64,000 nt of DNA from Chiloscyllium plagiosum. Lineage: Eukaryota. Each line of letters begins with the position of its first letter. Position 1 is the stretch's first letter. Of the stretch, positions 25,725 through 37,565 are shown in pieces. The translations under genes and the position numbers were made by a program. Location: contig NC_057728.1 in the NCBI RefSeq assembly GCF_004010195.1, positions 43,958,569-44,022,568 of the forward strand. The letters run 5' to 3'. A model generated the notes under the pieces. The model did not search any database, was not told the origin of the DNA, and saw nothing but the letters and a program-made list of their open reading frames with translations.

Positions 25725-26090
25725 CATAAAGTCATAGAGATGTACAGCATGGAAACAGACGCTTCAGTCCAACTCATCCATGCCGACCAGATATCCTTAA
25801 CTAATTTGATTCCATTTGCCAGCATTTGGCCCTTATCTCTCTAAATCCTTTTTATTCATATACCCATTCAGATACCTTTTAAATGCTATAATTGTACCAG
25901 CCTCCATCACTTCCTCTGGCAGCTCATTCCATTCACGCACCACCCTTTGTGTGAAAAGGTTTCCCCTTAACTTAAGATTCTTTTAAATCTTTACCCTGTC
26001 ACCCTAAACCTATGCCCTCTAATTGTAGATTCCCCCATTCCAAAAGACTTTGTCTAATTACCCTATCCATGTGCCTCATGATTTTATAAA
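25725..26090 (-). mobile_element. CR1 LINE 3' end
   Basis: Reverse-complement similarity to 8470-8830. Confidence 0.85.
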
Positions 26091-26754
26091 TCTATATTCA
26101 TACAAACTGTTTTATTCTCAAGAGTAATCACTTTCACGTCAGCTCACCTCATCTATTATTCTGTCTTAAAGCTACAAAGTAAATGAATTTTTTAGTTGCT
26201 GTTTTATGTACGATTTATTCTGTAATTGGCATAGTTTGATGATAAAGCATCTTCACTTGTTGAACTTTGTCCATTGTAAAGGATAATGTTTTGTGAGGTA
26301 CTGCAGAACTGTCAGTGCTTCTGGAGCCATACTTCAAAATAACACAGCTTCAAAAATTGGAGGAAAAATTATCCTTGGTTGTGTAAAAATGTTGAAAAAT
26401 GTTTTTTGATGTCATTTAAAATACTTTCAACTTGAACTGTGATTTGAGAATATTGGACAAACATTGTGTTTTTATTACTTGTAAGATTAAGCTATGTAGG
26501 AATATTTGCTTGTTCTTAAGAGTTCTTAAAGGACACGCTAGTTCATATGTGAAATCTCAAGAAGTTTATCTCAAGCAAGAACACATATAAGTTCAACATT
26601 ATTTCTTCGTAGAAAGATATGAAGTCCCTTTTAAATTGGGCACTTTGTTGTCCCTTTGAATAAATTGTTAAGAGGTTAATATAAACCTTCCCCTCACACC
26701 GCTTTGAGCTATGGTTCATTTCTTCGTTCAGTAGTAAACAAAATTTCTATTATG

Positions 26755-27622
26755 TGTGATGGTAAGCGCACTGGGGTGGCGCACTGGAAATCATGCTTAA
26801 CCGTTCCCTGAGTGGTTACAAAAGGTTTTAAAATCTGCACAATTTGTCTGTTAGACTGAGGTTGACAGAAAACATGGACCAGGTTTCTGTACGTAATCAG
26901 AATTACTATTTACAGGTAAATAGACTGTAGCAACTGGTAAACAATTATGAACTGTCAGCCTACAACACTACAAGTTAAATCTCTAGTCCACTTATAAACT
27001 TCTGATCCACACAGTAGACACAGATAGGAAAAAAAGACACAAGTGTTATGGATGGAGGAAAAATTTGAAAAGTAGTTGTGTTGTCTCTGTTCACAAAACC
27101 TGCTGAGCTGGTTCTTGTGCTGGTCAGAACAATGCTTTTGATTCCTGCCTATCCAGGTGCTTTCACTAGTTTGCAGGAGGCATAGAGTGGCTGGTTCACA
27201 GTTACAGAAGATCTGTGGCTTATTAATTAAAAGTCACAAATTATAGCAATTGCTGAAGGAAAGATAAACTTTCTTCAGACTGAAAATTGCTTTTACTGCA
27301 GAAAATAGAGAACTCCGGAACTTGTGGAGATATGAAGGCTTCTGAAGTTAGCAGGCAGAAGGCCTTGGTCATTGATAACTGGTCACTAGTTCACAGACCA
27401 ATCAGCTGGCTGAATCTCCATTTGTACATGTGCCTCAGTTTCAGGTCTTTTGCAAACTATATTTCAACTGCTTGAACAAACAGCTGTATAAACAATGTTT
27501 AGTGTCATGTTCCTTGCTTTTAAAAACAGCAGTAGTTCTTCAGCAATCTTTTTAAAACAGTTCTTTTCACAGTTCAGTTCACAATCAAAAATACAGAAAA
27601 ATAAAAAGTCAAAGTCTTTACA
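26755..27622. mobile_element. Possible solo LTR
   Basis: Starts TGTGATG and ends CTTTACA; flanks tatg/gatg form an imperfect 4-bp duplication. No internal coding sequence. Confidence 0.4.
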
Positions 27623-28186
27623 GATGACTTATACTGCAAATGGTAAAGGAAATGTTATGTGACATATTTTATTGTAAAAGTAAAGAGAAATTCAGATTTT
27701 ATTTGCTGATGAGTAATTATTTGCTAGTTTTATTGCTTATTTAGAGGAGGACCTGTTGCCTATTTTTCAGAAGATTATTTTGTAGAATTTACTGTCGTTT
27801 CCATCATTTCTGTAAGTGTGTGACAAATTTCAGAATTCATCTGGTACTTATCTTTTAATCAGAATATCTCAGAATTGCCAAACTGATTCCAGCAGTGTGG
27901 CTGTTTTATACAAAACAGCAGCAAAAACCACAAAACAGGGCCAAAATGAAAACTCAAAATGGGATTGATTTTGGCATGAAAAAAGTAAATGATAAACTCT
28001 GCATTGTAGATAGCTGGTACTTCTGTGATTATGCAATTTTTACAGTATTCTTACCAGCTGTTAAGATCACTGGGGATTGTTATTATTAAACTTATTACAC
28101 TCTTAATCCTTTTGCTGTGAATGTGCTAAATTACATTTGTTGATTTGTTCTGAATTGACAGTGTCTGGTTCTTTTATTGTTGGCAG

Positions 28187-28284
28187 CTTCCTTCCGAATC
28201 CTTATTTTATCGTGCAGTTCTGCAAGTTATTATCAAAGAGCATTTTGGAAATGGAAAGGCATATACCACACTGCAAAGAACAAA
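28187..28284 (+). CDS. METTL25: METTL25 coding exon, phase 0/2 (3' boundary uncertain)
   Basis: ttgttggcag|CTT. Translates LPSESLFYRAVLQVIIKEHFGNGKAYTTLQRT. The first phase-compatible GT donor is AA|gtatgt at 28284/28285. Confidence 0.85.
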
Positions 28285-28609
28285 GTATGTTTTGGAAGTT
28301 TGCATGAAATTTGAAGAATATTAAAATTAGCATGTCATGAATGTTTTCTGACATAGATTTAATGGAGAACAATGCATTTATTTCACAGCATCTGAAGATG
28401 ATTATTCAAAACAGATCTAGAGGACTGGGTGGTAGGATTGACTTGTATTTTCCAGTTTCACATCCAATTAATTAAGCCTAAAATGATGGGACAAGAAAAC
28501 AACTCTGTGTGCTGGCTGTGACAACTTCCTAGTGGGAAAAGTTTGGAAAGTTTCAATTTAGGGTCCAGGAGTCTATACTCAGAAGTGTTCATAATTTGGC
28601 AGAAAAGGA

Positions 28610-29400
28610 TTTTTTATTCACTCATGGGATATGGCCATCACTGGCTGACTAGCATTTATTGGCTGTCCCTAGTTGCCATTGAGAAGGTGGTAGTGAGTTG
28701 CCTGCTTGCTACACTGCAGTCCATGTGTTGTGAATTGATCTAAAATGCCCTTGGGAGCAAAGTTCAGGATTTTTATCTGGTGACAGTGAAGGAATGGCAA
28801 TATGTTTCCAAGTCAGGATGAAAAGTGGCTTGAAGAGGACCTTGCAGGTTATGCTATTCCCATGTGCCTGCTGCTGTTGTCCTTCTAGATGGAAGTGCTT
28901 CTGGGTTTGCAAGATAATGTCTAAGGATCTTTGGCAAATTTCTGCGGTGCATCTTATAGATAGTATGAACTCCTGCTACTGAACATTGGGGGTGGAAGTA
29001 ATGCATGTTTATGGATGTGGTACCAACCAAGCGGGCAGCTTTGCCTAGATAGTGTCAACCTTCTTGAATGGTGTCAGAGCTGCACCCATCCAGGTAAATG
29101 GGGAATATTCCATCCCACTCCTAACTTATGCTTTGTAGATGGTGGACAGGCTTGGGTATGTCAGGAGGTGAGTTACTTGCTCTAATATTCCTAGTCTCTG
29201 ATGTGCTTTATTTATTTATAAATACAGGCACTGTATTTAAATGGAAAATCCAGTTGAGTTTCTAGTCAATGGTAACCCCAAAGATGTTGATGTGGGGGTT
29301 TCAGTGATGGTAACACCATTGAATGTCAAGTTGCAGTGTTTAGATTGACTCTTACTGGAGATGGTCATTGCCTTGCATTTGTATGACACAAATGTTACTT
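28610..29400 (-). mobile_element. Degraded LINE (CR1/L2 group) 3' portion
   Basis: Its 3' end matches the tail of the SINEs at 48484, 54027 and 56912 in reverse complement. Peptide remnant LTFNGVTITETP. Confidence 0.65.
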
Positions 29401-30530
29401 GCCGCAAATGAATTTTGCAATAAGGATGATCTGTTCTTCTTGTTAATACATATCTTTGGTGCAGAGTCGCAGTGTCATTTGGTGTTGCAACCAACAGAAA
29501 ATTGCCAATTACACTACTCTGATATGTCCAAAATTGTAGAAACATAAGAACAGGATTAGGTCATTCAGCACACCATGCACACACAGACATACATAAATTC
29601 TGTTGCACTGATGAACCATAGCTGATATTTATTTATCTACACATGCATATTCTGAACCTGAGTTCTGAAATTTTCAATTGACCTCACATCATCAGTTTGT
29701 TTGGGGGCCGGAGTTTCAGATTTCCACCACGCTTTATGAAGAAGTATTTTTTGACGTCACCCTGAAAGACATGATTCTAATTTTAAAGTAATATCACACA
29801 ACACCGCCCCCCCCCCTTTTGGACTTGAGCATCAGAGCAAGTTAAACTTTCTATACATACCCTATTATAATCTTTATTGATTTACATCACCTATTTCACT
29901 CTCTTCCAGATCCGTGAGACGCTTTTCCTTCTCTTCCCTTTCCATCCCTCAAGCTTCAACATTCAATTCGGCATTTGTTCTTTTTTATAGCAGCTCCAGC
30001 ATGCTGTCAACATTGCAAATAGGTGTTTCCTCCATTACACTTTAGTCTGTTTGTCAATGACCCTCAACACTTTGTCTTCTTCCTATTGTATCTTGCCTAG
30101 CGATCACCTTCCCCTGCCTCTTCCTTCATCATCCAAAACCCCAAACACTCGTTCCATGTGGAACAATGATTTACTGGTACTTCTTTGAAATTTATGTGCG
30201 ACATGGAAAGCTCAATATGGTCTCTACTACCTTGAGGGAAAGAAATGCAGGCTGTTGGTTCCTGTGTGAAATATCCCCAGTTAGTTTACAAGCTTAACTT
30301 TGATTTTAAAGTTGCTTGTTGTTTAATTTAAAATTTTTGCTTCCACACCGACTTTTCTATCGTTGGCTTGTTAGTGTTGTACTAAAGCTCAACACAAGCT
30401 CAAAGAACAGCAGCTTATTTTCTGTTTAGACATTTCACAGCTTTCTGAATTTAACATTGAATTGAATAATTTCACACCAGAACCTGTTACCCCGAAATTT
30501 CATGTTTTCTTTGCCATTTGCAGTTTGAGT

Positions 30531-33500
30531 TTAGATTAGAGTGGTGCTGGAAAAGCACAGCAGGTCAGGCAGCATCCGAGGAGCAGGAAAATCGATGTTT
30601 TGGGCAAAAGCCCTTCATCACGAATGGAGGCAGGGAGCCTCCAGGGTGGAGAGATAAATGGGGGTGTGGGGTGGCTGGGGAGAAGGTAGCAAAGAGTACA
30701 ATAGGTGAATGGGGGTGGGGATGGAGGTGATAGGTCAGAGGGGAGGGTGGAGTGNNNNNNNNNNNNNNNNNNNNNNNNNNNNNNNNNNNNNNNNNNNNNN
30801 NNNNNNNNNNNNNNNNNNNNNNNNNNNNNNNNNNNNNNNNNNNNNNNNNNNNNNNNNNNNNNNNNNNNNNNNNNNNNNNNNNNNNNNNNNNNNNNNNNNN
30901 NNNNNNNNNNNNNNNNNNNNNNNNNNNNNNNNNNNNNNNNNNNNNNNNNNNNNNNNNNNNNNNNNNNNNNNNNNNNNNNNNNNNNNNNNNNNNNNNNNNN
31001 NNNNNNNNNNNNNNNNNNNGGTTGTTGAGGGGCGTGGACCTGACCAGGTAGTCACGGAGGGAACAGTCTTTGCGGAAAGGGGTGGGGAGGGAAATATATC
31101 TCTGGTGCTGGGGTCTGTTTGGAGGTGGCGGAAATGTCGGCGGATGATGCGGTTTATGCGAAGGTTGGTGGGGTGGAAAGTGAGGACCAGGAGGGTTCTG
31201 GCCTTGTTACAGTTGGACGAGTGAGGTTTGAGGGCGGAGGTGCAGAATATGGATTACGTTGGAGGGCATCTTCAACCACGTGGGAAGGGAAATTGCGGTC
31301 TCTACAGATGGAGGCCACCTGGTGTGTTCTGTGGTGGAACTGGTCCTCCTGGGAGCAGATTATACGGCGGAAGTAGAGGAATTGTGAATACGGGATGGCA
31401 TTTTTGCAGGAGGTAGGGTGGGAAGATGCTGGAAACCAGAGTTTAGATTAGAATGGAGCTGGAAAAGCACAGCAGGTCAGGCAGCAGCCAAGGAGCAGGA
31501 AAATCGACATTTCAAGCAAAAGCCCTTCATCAGAATGCTGCCTGACCTGCTGTGCTTTTCCAGCACCTCTCTGATCTAAACTCTGGGAAGAGGTGTAATC
31601 CAGGTAGCTATGGGAGTCGGTGGGTTTGTAAAAAGTGTCAGTGTCAAGTCGGTCGTCATTAATGGAGATGGAGAGGTCCAGGAAGGGGAGGGAGGTCAGA
31701 GATGGTCCAGGTGAACTTAAGGTCGGGGCAGAATGCGTTGGTGAAGTTGATGAACTGCTCAACCTCCTCGTGGGAGCACGAGGTGGCGCCAATGCAGTCA
31801 TCAATGTAGCAGAGGAAGAGGTGGGGAGTGGTGCCAATGTAAGTACGGAAGAATGACTGTTCTACATAGACGACAAAGAGACAGGCATAGCTGGGGCCCG
31901 TAAGGGTGCCCATGGATCTCCCACCCACAGCTTCCAAACTCGTAGTCCGGGAATCCCGCACCACTTGATTCTACCTCCTTCCCAAGATCCATAAGCCTGA
32001 CCACCCTGGCCGACCCATTGTCTCAGCATGCACCTGCCCCACCGAACTCATCTCTACCTACCTCAATACTGTCCTATTCCCCCCCTAGTCCAGGAACTCC
32101 CCACATACGTTCAAGACACCACCCACGCCCTCCACCTCCTCCAAGACTTCCGTTTCCCCGGCCCCCAACAGCTCATGTTCACCATGGACATCCAATCCCT
32201 CTACACCTCCATTCACCATGACCAGGGCCTCCAAGCCCTCCATTTCTTCCTCTCCCGACGTCCCCAACACTACCCTTCCACTGACACTCTCATTCGTTTG
32301 GCTGAACTGGTCCTCATCTGTCACAATTTCTCCTTCGAATCCTCCCATTTCCTCCAGCCCGAAGGTGTAGCCTTGGGCACCCGTATGGGCCCCAGCTTTG
32401 CCTGTCTCTTTGTCGGCTACATAGAACAATCCATCTTCCATAGTTACACCGGCATCACTCTTCACCTCTTCCTCCGCTACATTGATACTGCATTGGCGCC
32501 ACCTCATGCTTCCGCGAGGAGGTTGAGTAATTCATCAACTTCACCAACACATTCCACCCCGACCTTAAATGCACCTGGACTATTCCTGACACCTCCCTCC
32601 CCTTCCTGGACCTCTCCATCTGCATTAATGATGGCCAACTTGACACTGACATTTTTTACAAACCCACTGACTCCCACAGCTACCTGGATTACACCTCTTC
32701 CACCCTACTTCCTGCAAAAATGCCATCCTGTATTCCCAATTCCTCTGCCTTTGCCATTTCTGCTCCCAAGAGGACCAGTTCCACTACAGAACACACCAGA
32801 TGGCCTCCTTCTTTAGAGCCCGCAATTTCCCTTCCCACGTAGTTGAAGATATCCTCCAACGCATCTCATTCACATCCCACACCTCCACCCTCAAACTCCA
32901 CCCCTCCAACCGTAACAAGGACAGAACCCCCCTGGTCCTCACTTTCCACCCCACCAACCTTCGCGTAAACCGCATCATCTGCTGACATTTCTGTCACCTC
33001 CAAACAGACCCCAGCACCAGAGATATATTTCCCTCCCCACCCCTTTCCGCTTTCCGCAAAGACCGTTCCCTCCGTGACTACCTGGTCAGGTCCACACCCC
33101 CCCAACAAATCACCCTCCCATCCTGGCACCTGCCACCGCAGGAATTGCAAAACCTGCACCCACATCTCCTCCCTCACCTTCATCCAAGGCCCCAAAGGAG
33201 CCTTTCACATCCATCAAAGTTCCACCTGCACATCCACCAATGTCATTTATTGTATGCGTTGCTCCCGATGCGGTCTCCTCTACATTGTGGAGACTGGACG
33301 CCTCCTAGCAGAGTGTTTTAGGGAACATCTCCAGGACACCCGTGCCAACCAACTCCACTGCCCTGTGTCCCAACATTTCTACTCCCCCTCCCACTCTGCC
33401 GAGGACATGCAGGTTGTGTGCCTCCTCCACTGCTACTCCTTCACCACCCGACTCCTGGAGGAAGAACGCCTCATCTTCCGCCTCGGAACACTTCAACCCC

Positions 33501-33890
33501 AGGGCATCAATGTGGACTTCACCAGTTTTCTCATTTCATCTCCGACCCAGCTTACCTCAGTTCCAACCTTCCAGCTCAGTACTGTCCTCATGACCTGTCC
33601 TACCTGCTAATCTCCATTCCCACCTATCCACTCCACCCTCCCCTCTGACCTATCACCTCCATCCCCAACCCCATTCACCTATCGTACTCTTTGCTACCTT
33701 CTCCCCAGCCCCACCCCACTCCTATGTATCCCTTCACCCTGGAGGCTCCCTGCCTCCATTCCTGATGAAGGGCTTTTGCCCGAAACGTCGATTTTCCTGC
33801 TCCTCGGCTGCTGCCTGACTTGCTGTGCTTTTCCAGCTCCACTCTAATCTAAACTCCGGTTTCCAGTATCTGCAGTCCTCACGTTTGCCT
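30531..33890. mobile_element. Penelope-like retroelement: inverted double copy with RT and GIY-YIG, degenerate
   Basis: + arm about 31911-33890 has MDIQSLYTSI, GVALGTRMGPSFACLF, LRYID and NVIYCMRCSRCGLLYIVETGR. - arm 30527-31910 has FLCYIDDCIG and FYKPTDSHSYLDYTSS. Duplication atttgcagtttgagt at 30516-30530 and 33891-33905. Frameshifts and stops present. Confidence 0.93.
33758..33793 (+). ncRNA. Minimal type I hammerhead motif in PLE pseudo-LTR
   Basis: ATTC CTGATGA A GGGC-tttt-GCCC GAAA CGTC GATT. Core intact; stem I weak. Confidence 0.7.
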
Positions 33891-35194
33891 ATTTGCAGTT
33901 TGAGTCTTGTTTCTAATATTTTGACTTTTGGACAGAGATGTTCATTATTCTGGCCTTACATTCTGGAAAAATACTTTGTCTCTTTACTGTGACCCATGCC
34001 ATTCCCTTTGCAGCATTTGTGGAGAGAAGAGCAGAGTTAATATTTTGAGTCCAGTGTGGCTCTTCTTCCATCTGTTCTGTAGAATAGAATATCTTCATTG
34101 TCTTCAGTTCTAAGTCATACTGGACTTGAAAAATTCTATGTCCACAGAGTCTGCCAGACCTGCCAAGTTTCTCTAGCACTTGTTTTTATTTGAGATTTCC
34201 AACATCTGCATTTCCATTCACTTTGTCTTTTGCTCCATGACAAGTTTGTCATTTAATATTGCCTGCCCAGACCATCCCTTTTGTTGTTACTTCCCTTTCC
34301 TCCTTTTGACAGCATATAACCAATATCATTTTCTTCCCTCCTTCAGCTATGAACAAACCATATTTAGCTCGAAATGTTGGTGGAAACTTGTTGAGCAATA
34401 GTGGCTGATGAGCTGGCATAAACCCACATTGCATCTTCCAGGGAAGACACATTGAATCTAATGCCATCAGGTATTAGCGAAATCTTGGGCAGACTTCCAC
34501 CTGGAATAAAGAGTCCAGGGATGGAAATCCTGCCTAGTGAGAACTGGTGACCAATCAGAGGCCAGTAACTTTCTCACTTGGTCACGCCATGGAGGAATCT
34601 GCAGCTGCTGCTTAGAAGACCACTCACTATCATGGTGGCAAAATGGACAGAAAATCTGAGCCACTGACTTAAATGTAATGGTGCTGTAAAATTTACTGTA
34701 GTTCGGAAGTATTTCACCCAGAAGGACAATGCTTTGTCATATGCAAGTGTCAACAGTTATGAAAAGTATAATGCTTTTATGGGCATCAATGGGATCTTTC
34801 TCCATAGTCTGTAAGACTAAAATCTTTTTGTAAATATTCGATCTTTGAAAATAAATATTGAGTGAACAGCTGAACTGCATGCTAATTGAGAAAGATCTTT
34901 CACATCTTTATACAACAAAAGCAAAATATTGCAGCTGCTGGAAATCTAATTCTTTCACTTTTATGAAGAAACACTGAGATTGAATGTGAAAATATGGACT
35001 TGGTAAATCCAAGGAATTTCTATGTACAGTAATAGCATATTACCTATCTGTCTCATCTCTTGTTAAATAACACAAATTTATTTATCAAGGATTCCCTCTG
35101 TCAGAATAAGTGATTGCAATTAAACTGTTTATAGCTCTTTTAGTAGTAAATTTAACCAAAATGATTGTATCTTATGAAGTTTGGTATTTTACAG

Positions 35195-35288
35195 AAACAA
35201 AAATGTTGGCAAGATATATTCTAAGTCTTCATCCTTTGTGGATTACATCAGAAAATCAGTAGAAAAGCTGGGAATGGATAATTCAAAG
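35195..35288 (+). CDS. METTL25: METTL25 coding exon, phase 2/0
   Basis: attttacag|A AAC...AAG|gttagt. Translates NKNVGKIYSKSSSFVDYIRKSVEKLGMDNSK. Confidence 0.94.
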
Positions 35289-36650
35289 GTTAGTTGTTTA
35301 ATTTATTTCTTCAACTATTTCTTTGTTTCAGACCAGCACAGTGTAACAATTTTATCACATACAAAATAATGATAATATTGTCTTGCACTGTTTGCTGTCT
35401 GTTACAAAATGTTGCTCGAGTGTTTAAGTGGTCTGTTAGTCTTGCTTAAACTCAAGATTGAAGTAATAACTTGCACTGTATTTTTTTAAAACTGGTTGTT
35501 AATCTGTTTAAAATTAACTGGCCAACACTTGAATTGAAAAAGCATGCAGAGAAATTTGGTACAAGTGCAATAATACTGGAGTGGGAAGTGGGCTGGTTAG
35601 AATGAGTTGGAATCTGGACCTCTGCTGACACTGAATGATACAATTCTCTGCAGATGATTTTCCCTGCGTTCAGCTTAGTCACAGACACAGAACATCAGCA
35701 CCAATCAGCAGACAAATGTAATCTAGTTTGAAGCTTGTGCCAATGTGAACCATTAAAATTTAACAGGCCACACATTCCTATGGCTTTTGTACATTTCTCA
35801 TTGAAAAGAGAAGATAGTAAGAAAGATACATCTCAGAATCCAGCAACATATAAGGTAAACACAACTAATTTGCACCTTCTAGCAATTTCAGTAGGAAAAT
35901 CTAATAAGTTTAAATGAACTTTAAATTGAGTAGCGAGAAATTATTAAAATATGACTGGTTACTTTGGCTATTCTCCAAATGCAGCGATCAATCAAATATT
36001 ACCAATGAAAGATCAAGCTACATAATTAAATAACAAAACTTAGGTACCAGTTGTTTCCTTCAACTGAATTGTAGGGCATTTGGAAACAAAATACTTTTAA
36101 TATATTGTACTCTTTTGATTGGCTACAACTGTGAATCTTCATAGAATGAATTTTTAAACTTATGTTGTAATGGAAATGATTGAATCAATCTTTTTCTTCT
36201 TCTTATTTACTTGCTTTTTGTTTTGAAACACTGGTTGTAATGTGCAACCAAGAGCAGAATTTTCTCAGTCCCAGAACAATTTGGGCTATAGTAAGATGAT
36301 GTCCAGCAAGGCCCAACCTGATACCAGCAACTTCCTCCTCAATGTCAAGACCAGAAAGTCTCATTTTCCAACTAAATGTTGGGATGTTGGAATGAGATTC
36401 TCGCTAGTGAGTGGTGAGAGGTTTATTAACATAGACTGTTGCTCATTGTTACCTTTATTAGGACTTAATCCCACCTCATTAATCTCCAAGTCTTCTACCT
36501 GCTGGATAGAAAATGACACCAAGAATTCCCAACCTGAAAATCAGAATAGATATCTTCTGTCTGTTTGAACCTTTGAAAGTACACTTCTGCTTTTCATGCT
36601 GTTCTTTGGAACATAACTGCATCTTTAATTGCAACGCTGCTGTGAAGATA

Positions 36651-36996
36651 GGGTGGCATGGTGGTACAGTAATTAGCACTGCTGCCTAACTATGCCAGGG
36701 ACTTGAATTCAATTCCAGCCTTGGGTCTGTGTGGTGTTCGCACGTTGTCCTCGTGACTGCGTAGGGTTCTGCCAGGTGCTCCGGTTTCCTCCCACAGTCC
36801 AAAGATGTGCGGGTTAGATGGATAGACCAGGATAAATTGTCCCATATTGTGCAGATTAGGTGAATTAGCCATGGTTAGTGCAGGGTGATGGGGATAGGGT
36901 GGGAATGTAGTCTGGGTGGGATGGTCTTTGGAGGGTTGGTGTAAATTTGATGGGCTGAATGGCCTCTGTCTGTACTGGGCTTCTATGATTCTATGT
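36651..36996 (+). mobile_element. Older V-SINE copy
   Basis: gggtggcatggtggtacagt..., gtgctccggtttcctcccacagtccaaagatgtgc, tail ttctatgattctatg. Confidence 0.8.
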
Positions 36997-37217
36997 TTCA
37001 GTTCAGGATGGGACCAGGCAGCATCTCAGAGCTGCTCAATTGCTTTATTAGCACTCACTCACTTTGCACCTACCTGGATGCTCACAGCGTCTCTGCCTTG
37101 CCTTGTCTTTTTGTGTTTTGCCCTGTCATCCAGACCTTAAGAGCTTATAATATTTCTGTCTTGTTGTGTTGCTTAGCACTGATACCAAGCTTGGCAGCTT
37201 GTCATCCCTGTCAGCAA

Positions 37218-37565
37218 AATCATGAGTGACATAGATAGGGTGAATAGCAAAGTTCTTTTCCCTTGGGTGGGGCATTTCAAAACCAGGGACATTCTTTTTA
37301 AGGTAAGAAGAGGAAGATTTAAAAGGAACCTGAAGGGCAAGGTCTTCACATAGATAGTGGTTTGTGGTGTGGAATGAATTGCCTGAAGAAGTGGTAGATG
37401 CAGGTACAGTTGTAACATTTAAAAGATGTTTAGATTGGTACATGAATAGGAAAGGTTTAGAAGGATATGGTTCGAATGCAGACCAGTGGCACTGGTGTAG
37501 TTTGGAAAACTTGGTCAGCATGGATGAGTTGGACCGAAGGGTCTGTTTCTGTGCTATATGATTCT
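37218..37565 (+). mobile_element. CR1 LINE 3' end
   Basis: VWNELPEEVVDAGTVVTFKRCLDWYMNRKGLEGYG; similar to 8470-8830. Confidence 0.85.

Noticed and set aside
22563..31019. ORFs running through N gaps, and apparent internal deletions in two PLE copies
   Set aside because: The gaps (22563-22648, 30755-31019) are assembly placeholders; their lengths cannot be taken as real.
31911..33610. Intact autonomous PLE RT-endonuclease gene
   Set aside because: The N-terminus is missing, there is a frameshift at the YIDD motif (reads YIDTA), an in-frame stop near 32985, and GIY-YIG substitutions. Not a functional CDS.
28261..35194. Firm call of a U12 AT-AC intron
   Set aside because: ATATACC deviates from ATATCCTT, there is no clear CCTTAAC branch site near the acceptor, and using the AC at 35191-35192 breaks the frame.
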